Below, one piece after another: positions 56,970 to 64,000 of a DNA stretch of 64,000 nt. Every line of letters begins with the position of its first letter. Position 1 is the stretch's first letter. Position numbers and translations under genes: made by a program. This DNA comes from an uncultured virus (IMG/VR IMGVR_UViG_3300022917_000009) (taxonomy: Duplodnaviria; Heunggongvirae; Uroviricota; Caudoviricetes). A model generated the notes under the pieces. That model did no database searches. It saw only the letters and a list, made by a program, of their open reading frames with translations, and was not told where the DNA came from. The DNA lies in IMG/VR virus record IMGVR_UViG_3300022917_000009. The stretch is one strand, 5' to 3'.

Positions 56970-57199
56970 GCAACCACACATACACCGAGGAGCAGGTTCG
57001 CAAAGCCGTTGCCGATGCGTTCGGAGTCGGGATGGCGATGGGTCTGATAGATGCTGGCGTGGACCCTGTAACCAGCATCATATCAATTTCCAGATACACG
57101 GATAACGGGGATCGCGTGGTTGCCATCCGTTCCATACAGGACAAGGTAGTCGCGAGGCTAGTGGCTGGGGTGGCCTTAAGGAAGTCGCAAGAGAACTGA
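56966..57199 (+). CDS. hypothetical protein
   Basis: GTGA overlap; YTEEQVRKAV resembles the 38941..39177 N-terminus. Confidence 0.5.
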   Translation: MSNHTYTEEQVRKAVADAFGVGMAMGLIDAGVDPVTSIISISRYTDNGDRVVAIRSIQDKVVARLVAGVALRKSQEN

Positions 57200-57249
57200 T
57201 CCCAGCAGGTCCGCCGCGCAGTACATTCTGAAGAGGAGCAAGGACACCG

Positions 57250-57867
57250 ATGCCTACCGGATACACAGCACCAGTTGCAGACGGAGAGATTGTGGAGTTC
57301 AACGAGTTCGCATGGAACTGCGCACGGGCATTCGGCGCACTGTACTTTCTGCGCGATGCCGACGAAGGCAAGGATGGGCAGCGCCGCATTCCGAAGACGC
57401 TCCCGACCGTGTGCGACTGGAACCAAAAGCGCCTTCAGGAATCTGTAGCCGCTCTCGCCGCCTTCGAAAAGATGAGCCCCAAAAGGCTCGTGGCCGCATA
57501 CGAAAAGCACGTGCGAGACGCGAAGGAAACCGGGAAGAAGTATGCCGCAGAGGTCCGTGAAAAGAAGCTGCGATACAACACCATGCTCAAGAAGGTGCGG
57601 GCGTGGGAATCCCCGAGCAGCGATCACGAGGAATTCAAGAAGTTCATGATCCAGCAATTGGAGGAGTCCATCCAATTCGATTGCGGGCATACGTACAAGC
57701 CGGAATGGGCCAAGAGCATCGTCATTTTCGTGGCTCAAAGAATCGCCTCGCTCAATCGCGACATCGAATACCACACCAAGGAGCACGCCGCCGAGGTCGA
57801 GCGCACTGCTGGCCGCAACGCGTGGATCACAAAGCTGGCCGAATCTCTGGACGCCAAAGGAGCCTGA
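57250..57867 (+). CDS. conserved phage hypothetical protein
   Basis: MPTGYTA..F.EFA..CARAFGA..W..P..DH..K.FMIQQL family pattern. Confidence 0.65.
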   Translation: MPTGYTAPVADGEIVEFNEFAWNCARAFGALYFLRDADEGKDGQRRIPKTLPTVCDWNQKRLQESVAALAAFEKMSPKRLVAAYEKHVRDAKETGKKYAAEVREKKLRYNTMLKKVRAWESPSSDHEEFKKFMIQQLEESIQFDCGHTYKPEWAKSIVIFVAQRIASLNRDIEYHTKEHAAEVERTAGRNAWITKLAESLDAKGA

Positions 57868-57871
57868 CCCC

Positions 57872-58378
57872 ATGACCTTATCGCCGAAGCCAGCAGAGAA
57901 GATCGGATTTCGCTACCAAGAAGACCAAGGACAACGGTTCGACGTCCACGACCTCGACAGACACGCCCGCGTCGCCACGTTCTACAACGAGGAGGACGCC
58001 AAGCAGTACGTCATTGAGCACAACGCCTGCGCGCCCTTCGCGAACCCCGCAGCGTTGGGACAGGCGGTGGAGGCGCTGCGGGAGCTGATCCGTGCTGACG
58101 GCGCTCTGATGCGGGTAGGTGAGGGATCGCCAAATCGCGTCGACGTTGAGAACGCTGTGCGCGGGTGCTTCCATAACGCCCGTGCTGCTGTCGCGGCCCT
58201 CGACGCAGGCGCGCCCAAGTTCGCATTAGGAGACAAGGCTCTAGTTGTTTCCGATTTGGCGGGCGTGCCAGACAAGATTGGCGTCGTGACGCGGGTTAGC
58301 CCCGGGCCGAATGGAACCGAGTGCGAGGTGAACGGCTCTTGGCACTGGGAAAATACACTGGGAAAGGTGCCTCAATGA
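57872..58378 (+). CDS. hypothetical protein
   Basis: AAGGAG RBS. Confidence 0.55.
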   Translation: MTLSPKPAEKIGFRYQEDQGQRFDVHDLDRHARVATFYNEEDAKQYVIEHNACAPFANPAALGQAVEALRELIRADGALMRVGEGSPNRVDVENAVRGCFHNARAAVAALDAGAPKFALGDKALVVSDLAGVPDKIGVVTRVSPGPNGTECEVNGSWHWENTLGKVPQ

Positions 58379-58785
58379 ATCAGCATATGATCGAAGTCGT
58401 GAAGGCCCGCGCAGACGAATTTCTCGCCCAATATGCAAAGGAAAACCCGCCGATGAAGACCGAAACTTTCTTCCGCCTGTCAGATGCGCGCTTTGCCGAG
58501 ATTCAGCGCATCGCCGAATCGCCGAATTCATGGCCTCCCCACAGGGCGAATGAGATTAGCGGCGCCATCAACGACCTGATTCGTGAACGCGCGGACTTGC
58601 TGGAAGTGCTCGACGGGATGCGCGCTTTCCTAGACGGCGAAGACGACTGCCCCGGCGTCGGCGACGTGGACGGATTCGCTGACTTCGAGCCAATCGACGT
58701 GGGCATCAACGCGCGGATGGTTCGCGCGATCCGGTCAGTGTGCCGTGCAGGCGCGGCCATTGACGGAACGGAGGGGAAGAAGTGA
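58375..58785 (+). CDS. hypothetical protein
   Basis: ATGA overlap. Confidence 0.55.
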   Translation: MNQHMIEVVKARADEFLAQYAKENPPMKTETFFRLSDARFAEIQRIAESPNSWPPHRANEISGAINDLIRERADLLEVLDGMRAFLDGEDDCPGVGDVDGFADFEPIDVGINARMVRAIRSVCRAGAAIDGTEGKK

Positions 58786-59024
58786 TGGGAATGCGCCGGA
58801 GGTTCATGATTGATCCACGATTGCTCGGCGCGGTTCTCGACGCATCCATGCAGGCGCCCCCTGAAGACGAGCCCCCGCAGAAGATGATGCTGGAGATTCG
58901 GGCGCCGGTTGAGTGGGGCGACTTGAACGACGCGCTCCGAACCGTGGACAAGAAGACCGAAGAAGCTCGCGACAACGACCGCCGCAGCCGCACGGGCCGC
59001 GCGAAGCACGACTGGAGGCAGTGA
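58782..59024 (+). CDS. hypothetical protein
   Basis: GTGA overlap. Confidence 0.45.
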   Translation: MMGMRRRFMIDPRLLGAVLDASMQAPPEDEPPQKMMLEIRAPVEWGDLNDALRTVDKKTEEARDNDRRSRTGRAKHDWRQ

Positions 59025-59464
59025 GCATGATCGTTTCTAAGTTTGAGCACGCAGGATTGCAGTGCATTATCCGCCCCGGTGGATTTGAAGGATTTTGCGG
59101 ATATGTTGCCGTCCCCGAGGGACATCCCCTCCACGGTGTGGATTATGGTGCGGAGTGCGCGGCGTTGGCCGAGGCGCACAAGCTGGCGCTTCAGGGGCCA
59201 GTCGGGAAGCGTGGCGTGATGACTCTCTTTCGCGGCGATGTGGCGTGCCCGGAAACAGTCTTCAACGTGCACGGTTCTCTTACGTTTTCGGGCGCATTCC
59301 GCCGGGAGCCGGAACTCGACCCGTCCCTTTGGTGGTTCGGGTTTGACACGGCGCACGCCAATGATGGTCCGAGCGTACAGAACGTCGAGTACGTCACCGA
59401 GGAATGCAAGAGCCTCGCGGACCAGATCGCAGCGCTCTTCCCGCAACCGGTGGCCGCCCCATGA
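59021..59464 (+). CDS. conserved phage hypothetical protein
   Basis: CGYVAVPEGHPLHG...VHGSLTF...WWFGFDTAH...ECKSLADQ family. Confidence 0.7.
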   Translation: MSMIVSKFEHAGLQCIIRPGGFEGFCGYVAVPEGHPLHGVDYGAECAALAEAHKLALQGPVGKRGVMTLFRGDVACPETVFNVHGSLTFSGAFRREPELDPSLWWFGFDTAHANDGPSVQNVEYVTEECKSLADQIAALFPQPVAAP

Positions 59465-59655
59465 CCGAGCGCCAGAAGGTAATCGCCAGCATCGCGGGGC
59501 AACTATTCGCCGATTGGGCATCCAAAAACACGGACCACAACGGCGTCCTGTCCATCGAAGCTTCAACCAGATTGGGCAACGCCGCGATTGAAGTGGCGAA
59601 GTCTCTCGTCATCGCCGCCGAGGCCATCCCGGACCCGAGGGAGAGGGAGAAATGA
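59461..59655 (+). CDS. hypothetical protein
   Basis: ATGA overlaps. Confidence 0.5.
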   Translation: MTERQKVIASIAGQLFADWASKNTDHNGVLSIEASTRLGNAAIEVAKSLVIAAEAIPDPREREK

Positions 59656-60077
59656 AGACGACGGACCATGGACTGCATGAAAAGATGATGGAAGGATGCG
59701 AACACGCAGTCACGGAAATGCATGGCGCCAGCTTGTACGACCTAGCCGCGTGGGTCGCTGAGATTTCTGACGTGCCCGTCTCCGCTGCTGGCGCAATCAC
59801 GGCGTCATCCATGATACTGGCGTGGCTGGCATCGCGTGGAATCATGGTGGGGGATTGTCCGCCAGCATCTCAAGACACCTCAGGGCGTCGATTTCGGAAA
59901 CAGGGGAGGCGCCTGCCGAGTGAGCGATTTGATGACGTGCGATTCTGCGAAAGGGTAACTTGCCTAAAACCTGTACCATCGTCCCGGCGCCGCAGCGGGT
60001 TATCTGCGGCCCCGAAAGGGACACCTGAAAGAGGAGCGAGAACGTGGGGCTTGACATTCGGTACTACACGAAACTGA
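59652..60077 (+). CDS. hypothetical protein (3' part doubtful)
   Basis: ATGA overlap; C-terminal half is Arg-rich and non-protein-like. Confidence 0.4.
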   Translation: MKTTDHGLHEKMMEGCEHAVTEMHGASLYDLAAWVAEISDVPVSAAGAITASSMILAWLASRGIMVGDCPPASQDTSGRRFRKQGRRLPSERFDDVRFCERVTCLKPVPSSRRRSGLSAAPKGTPERGARTWGLTFGTTRN

Positions 60078-60571
60078 AGGACATCGGCAATGCACCCGCT
60101 GATGGGGGATATGGCGACGGGCAGATCGTCTTCTACGACAACGAATACTTCCCGGGCCGGATCGCGCCGTGGAAAGACACCATCCTTTACTCGTACGATT
60201 GCAGCGAAGACCGAGAGGAACGCCACTTCCGATGCGGGTACACGAGCTATTCGGTGATGCGAAACAAGCTCGCCAAGCTCGCCGGGTACACTGCGACAGA
60301 ATCGAAGGAACCGATGGCTACATTCCTCTACTCCAACGGCGTCTATGCTTCGGAGTGCGGCCCGCTCTTCGAACTGCTCAACTTCAGCGATTGCGAGGGG
60401 ACAATCGGCGCCGACGCATGCAAGAAGATGGTCCCGGAATTTGAAGAACTTTGGCCGCAGATCGAAGCAGAGCACGTTGATGGGCCGTTCGACCACTTCA
60501 GGACATTCTGCGAGTATCTTCGCCGAGCACTGAAGGCTGGCGCAGATAAAGGAGCGATTCGGTTTTCGTAA
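60044..60571 (+). CDS. conserved phage hypothetical protein
   Basis: MGLDI...YS.MRNKLA...ELLNFSDCEGTIG family. Confidence 0.65.
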   Translation: MGLDIRYYTKLKDIGNAPADGGYGDGQIVFYDNEYFPGRIAPWKDTILYSYDCSEDREERHFRCGYTSYSVMRNKLAKLAGYTATESKEPMATFLYSNGVYASECGPLFELLNFSDCEGTIGADACKKMVPEFEELWPQIEAEHVDGPFDHFRTFCEYLRRALKAGADKGAIRFS

Positions 60572-60589
60572 GCACGCGCGGTCGCCGAG

Positions 60590-60873
60590 GCCGCGCTGCA
60601 CTGTGCCTCCTTGGGAATAACCTCTTCGAGCCGTGGCAATCTCGGCGGCTGAAGGCAAGGCTCCCCAAGGGGCACAGTGGAGCGCAGCGAAGGCTCCAAC
60701 ACTCTTGAAAGGCATGCTGTCCGAGATCAAGCGTAGGGCGGGGGATGGGTTGGGATGCCCTCCCCCCGCAGAACTCTCCGCCACGCCGCGTTGCAGTATG
60801 CTCCTTGCAGATCGTCGCCGATTCGCCGAGGAGCAGACTGGAGCGCAGCCAAACTCCACCACTCTTTGAAAGG
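60590..60873 (+). ncRNA. two copies of a structured RNA element (long hairpin + boxB/boxA-like tail)
   Basis: GCCGCG(C/T)TGCA...TGGAGCGCAGC-N4/5-CTCCA(A/C)CACTCTT(T)GAAAGG at 60590-60712 and 60785-60873. Confidence 0.6.
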
Positions 60874-61062
60874 AAAACCGCAGTGGGTATCGAAGGTGAT
60901 ATGTCAGGTCACGTCAGTTAGCGCGCGGGCACCGATTAGGCCGTATCTCATGCGATTGAACAACGCTGGTACGCAGGTCGGCTGCTTTGCATCGCGCCCT
61001 CGGAACACAGGCCGAGGTCGCGGTAGGAAGCAGCAGGGCAAAATCAAACAAGGAATAAGAAC

Positions 61063-61410
61063 ATGGAAAACGCAGAGAAGAACCCGGAATTTCTGCCCAA
61101 CCTCGGCGCCATCGCAGTTGGGATTCCGAAGGCTCCGGACAAGCCGGAACCCATCCCCGCTTCCGACGACGAAGCCAGCATGAACACCCTGCGCTACGCC
61201 AAGAGCGTCGCCGCGGATGAGCGGCGCAAGGCGTACAAGGCGCTCGACAAGGCCCTCGATGCTTACGGCGCCGAGGTCGACGGGAAGACCGCTGGTGCCC
61301 TCTGGACGTCGCTACAAGCTCGCGGGGAAGAGTACGCTGAGAAGGTGCGCATCGAGGGACTGGCTCGCCGCGCAGTGACCGTGCGCGTTGCGGCGAAGGC
61401 GAAGAAGTGA
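61063..61410 (+). CDS. hypothetical protein
   Basis: AAGGA RBS. Confidence 0.6.
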   Translation: MENAEKNPEFLPNLGAIAVGIPKAPDKPEPIPASDDEASMNTLRYAKSVAADERRKAYKALDKALDAYGAEVDGKTAGALWTSLQARGEEYAEKVRIEGLARRAVTVRVAAKAKK

Positions 61411-62660
61411 TGGCAACTCCCCGCGAAGTATACGAGCACGGGCTGGCTAAGGCGCAGATGATCGCTGTTCTTACTGCGGGGCATCAGGCCGCGTCCAATC
61501 AACACGGAAACGCTGAACTGTATATGGCATGGGCCGACAAGAACGCTTCCAAGATCATGGAGGTGAACGGCGTGGGCGAGCCCTTCCCCGGCGATCCTAC
61601 GGTGTTTGGCGTTGATGTCTCCAACGGCCCGGACTGGACGGTCGTGCACACCATACAACGCCCGTCAGCGCCGTGGAACACAACAGACGAAGCCCTCCCC
61701 GGTACTGGCGCCCTTGTGGAGTTCGAAGTGCGAGGCACAAACGCTGGAATCCATTTCGGTCAGTACTACAACTGCAACCGCCTCCCATGGGTGGACAACA
61801 AGAAGCAGCAGTTATTTGCCGATTCCCAAATCGTGCGCTGGCGCATGGCCGATGGCGCCGAGTGGTCGGAGTACAATACGGGTGGTGGGCGTCAGTCGCT
61901 CCAGCAGTCCGTCTCCGCGCAGGCCGACGCGAGGGCGCGGCTCCTTCTACGCGAGTGCCTTCTCAGGATGCAGGGAGACTTGTCGTTGGCGAGCCTCGAA
62001 GGGGAGGTGAAGGACTTCCTGCGCCAGACGACGGACGCGCCGGTCGCGGTCACTCCCGAATCATCTTCGATTGTGGCGCACAGCCTAATGCGGTGTGCCG
62101 AATGGTTCGCCAAGCGCGCCCAAGACGGGGATACGTCAACATCGTTGCAGCTAAAGCGGCTAGCGGAGAAGGCGCGAGTGGTTGCGGATGCGCCGGTCGC
62201 GAAAGAGGAGAAGGCGCAAGCATCGGTGGCTGCCGCTATCGGGAACCTCACCATGACTCTTGCCGGTGGCGACTGGCGTGTGGCTGCTCCGGGCACTGAA
62301 CGTGCTTACTCCCCGCAATGGAAGGAGGCTCTTCGTCAGGCGCGCAACGAGGGTGGGCGACTCGGCCATAATTGCGTGGCGTCTCTTCACTTGCTCCTTG
62401 GTATTATCAAGACCGGATACCAGTTTCCCGGAGTGAACGTGATCGCGATGAGGGCCGCAGCAGAGCTTGCGTCAGAACCGAACATCGGACCCACCGTGGG
62501 CATCTTCCCGCACACGCCCGAAACGAAGTCGATTATCAGATCGGCGCAAGTGCTTGCCGCGGCTGATGGCAGTCCTCAGTTCGAAGTGAACCACCTTGTC
62601 CGCGCTCTTCGATGCGTCGAGTCTGACGCCAAGAAGATCATGGAGAAATACCATGCCTAA
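61410..62660 (+). CDS. multidomain protein with C-terminal Clp N-terminal (Clp_N) repeat domain
   Basis: YSPQWKEALRQARNEGGRLGHNCVASLHLLLGII...TPETKSII..A....HLVRAL. Confidence 0.7.
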   Translation: MATPREVYEHGLAKAQMIAVLTAGHQAASNQHGNAELYMAWADKNASKIMEVNGVGEPFPGDPTVFGVDVSNGPDWTVVHTIQRPSAPWNTTDEALPGTGALVEFEVRGTNAGIHFGQYYNCNRLPWVDNKKQQLFADSQIVRWRMADGAEWSEYNTGGGRQSLQQSVSAQADARARLLLRECLLRMQGDLSLASLEGEVKDFLRQTTDAPVAVTPESSSIVAHSLMRCAEWFAKRAQDGDTSTSLQLKRLAEKARVVADAPVAKEEKAQASVAAAIGNLTMTLAGGDWRVAAPGTERAYSPQWKEALRQARNEGGRLGHNCVASLHLLLGIIKTGYQFPGVNVIAMRAAAELASEPNIGPTVGIFPHTPETKSIIRSAQVLAAADGSPQFEVNHLVRALRCVESDAKKIMEKYHA

Positions 62661-62892
62661 ATTCCGCTCCCGCGAGGTCGTCGAGGCCGTCCAGTGGGAT
62701 GGGACGGAGGAGGCGAGGAAGGCGATTGAGGCAATGATTGGCGAGAAAACATTGCCGCGATTGTACGTCCGAGGCGCGGATATGGGGAACGGTCGATATG
62801 TGGATGAAGGGCAGTGGGTCGTTAATGTCTGGCTTGGCCCCGAGGTCATGTCAAACGTCGCGTTCCTCGCCAGATACGAGCCCCTCGTATGA
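62653..62892 (+). CDS. conserved phage protein (VEAVQWDG family)
   Basis: KFRSREVVEAVQWDG...F..RYE. Confidence 0.6.
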   Translation: MPKFRSREVVEAVQWDGTEEARKAIEAMIGEKTLPRLYVRGADMGNGRYVDEGQWVVNVWLGPEVMSNVAFLARYEPLV

Positions 62893-63107
62893 CCACCCCT
62901 CTCCGCCCCCAGCCGATCCCCGACACCGAAGAGCGCCGGATCATGCGCTCCATCCAAGCTCAGGACGAGACCCTCGAAGGACTTCGGCGAATGCAGGACG
63001 AGAACCGCAACGGCGCGTGGCGCAAGGCCGGGATGCCCGTCTCGGCGAAGGCAGAATGGGACTACGAAATCCCGGCACCGCAACCCATCGAAAGGAAGAG
63101 ACCGTGA
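62889..63107 (+). CDS. hypothetical protein
   Basis: ATGA overlap. Confidence 0.5.
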   Translation: MTTPLRPQPIPDTEERRIMRSIQAQDETLEGLRRMQDENRNGAWRKAGMPVSAKAEWDYEIPAPQPIERKRP

Positions 63108-63352
63108 GCACGAACATCAAAGGCCAGTACGCCACCGAACGCGTAGCCAACCCGCTCAACGACGCTATCCACCCGTCTGAGTTTGCCCGCATCGCCGCCC
63201 TTCGCGCGTCCGGCGTGGAGTTCTCGGCGATGGCAAAGACGGAGGAGTGGTTGTGCAAGGATGGGGAGAAGCGCAAGAAGTCCCCGCGGACGTTGGCGAA
63301 GGCCGCGGAGCGCGCGACGCAGGACGACGTGATGCTGGCGGGGTTGGGATGA
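63104..63352 (+). CDS. hypothetical protein
   Basis: GTGA overlap. Confidence 0.5.
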   Translation: MSTNIKGQYATERVANPLNDAIHPSEFARIAALRASGVEFSAMAKTEEWLCKDGEKRKKSPRTLAKAAERATQDDVMLAGLG

Positions 63353-63594
63353 TGAAAATGTGTGTGGCGTGCCCATTCAACTCCACTCCCGAAAGCGAAA
63401 TAGCGTACAATTACGCGTGCCTTCCGACTGCCGAAGAAGCCGTATCGCACTTCGACGCAAAGCAAGAGTCTATTTCTTGCCATGGTCGAGACACTCACTG
63501 CGCCGGACTCTTGGAACACAGACCGGAAGCGGAGGACTTCCCAATCCTTCCATATCCCAAGTGGTATCGCGGAGAGTCCGATGCCCCTCAGTGA
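63349..63594 (+). CDS. Cys-rich hypothetical protein
   Basis: MCVACPF...YACLP...SCH...CAG. Confidence 0.55.
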   Translation: MMKMCVACPFNSTPESEIAYNYACLPTAEEAVSHFDAKQESISCHGRDTHCAGLLEHRPEAEDFPILPYPKWYRGESDAPQ

Positions 63595-63850
63595 CCGCGA
63601 CGCCGACGCCCTCTCCGAGTATGAGAACGACGAGTTCCATCGGGCTTGCGAGGAGGAGAGGCCGCGCTGGGTTATCTCAAAGCGAAGTCGCCTCCAAACA
63701 GATCGCTCGTACTCCGGCCCAACGTGGGACACGGCTGGCATTCGAAACAGGTATCAGAAAGTGTACGACGATCACGATGAAGCGGCTCAGTGTGCCAGTC
63801 TCCTTTCGGCGCACAATCCCGTAGGATTCGATGTTGTAGAGTACTGGTAA
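63581..63850 (+). CDS. hypothetical protein
   Basis: GGAG RBS. Confidence 0.5.
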   Translation: MPLSDRDADALSEYENDEFHRACEEERPRWVISKRSRLQTDRSYSGPTWDTAGIRNRYQKVYDDHDEAAQCASLLSAHNPVGFDVVEYW

Positions 63851-63893
63851 TCACCCAACCCGCCCGGCGCCGCCGGAGAATAAGGAGCAGTAA

Positions 63894-64000
63894 ATGAGTA
63901 GCTACGGAAGTGGCAGTTACGCGAACGACCCGGACGCCGAGATGGACCTCAGCAAGTACGAAGCCTACGGTGCCGAGTTGCCCGTTGGCGAGTACGTTTG
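63894..64000 (+). CDS. truncated gene, possibly DUF669-like ssDNA-binding protein
   Basis: TAAGGAG RBS; acidic N-terminus then LPVGEYV; runs off window. Confidence 0.4.
   Translation, partial: MSSYGSGSYANDPDAEMDLSKYEAYGAELPVGEYV

Noticed and set aside
57228..57245. CTGAAGAG upstream of gene 57250 as a hammerhead
   Set aside because: No flanking stems or GAAA; it merges into the RBS
60676..60862. tRNA genes (GCGCAGC...CCA ends)
   Set aside because: No TTC T-loop or cloverleaf can be drawn

Overview
The whole window is part of a tailed dsDNA bacteriophage genome (high GC, no host genes or prophage boundary visible; host not identifiable from sequence alone). A minus-strand virion module (about 37.6 kb down to 3.1 kb) runs serine recombinase, terminase small and large subunits, portal, scaffold, major capsid, adaptor and tail proteins, two paralogous tail fibres, membrane/lipoprotein cluster, and ejection proteins ending in a 1743-aa polyvalent protein (HExxH + LPD38-like). 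No tape measure or sheath is evident, so podovirus-like morphology is inferred. A replication module (Cro-like HTH, DnaB-N/DUF3987 protein) is followed by an iteron-rich origin at about 48.0-48.5 kb. A long plus-strand early operon of small genes starts at 49.4 kb. The main finding is that intergenic spacers at the start of that operon contain self-cleaving ribozymes of two classes: a type II hammerhead (49685), a permuted twister (50025), a type I hammerhead (51341) and an aberrant type II hammerhead (52580). Further downstream lies a family of long conserved hairpins, two followed by boxA-like motifs. Together these suggest an RNA-only mRNA segmentation system. All family assignments are from motif recognition by eye, not database searches.
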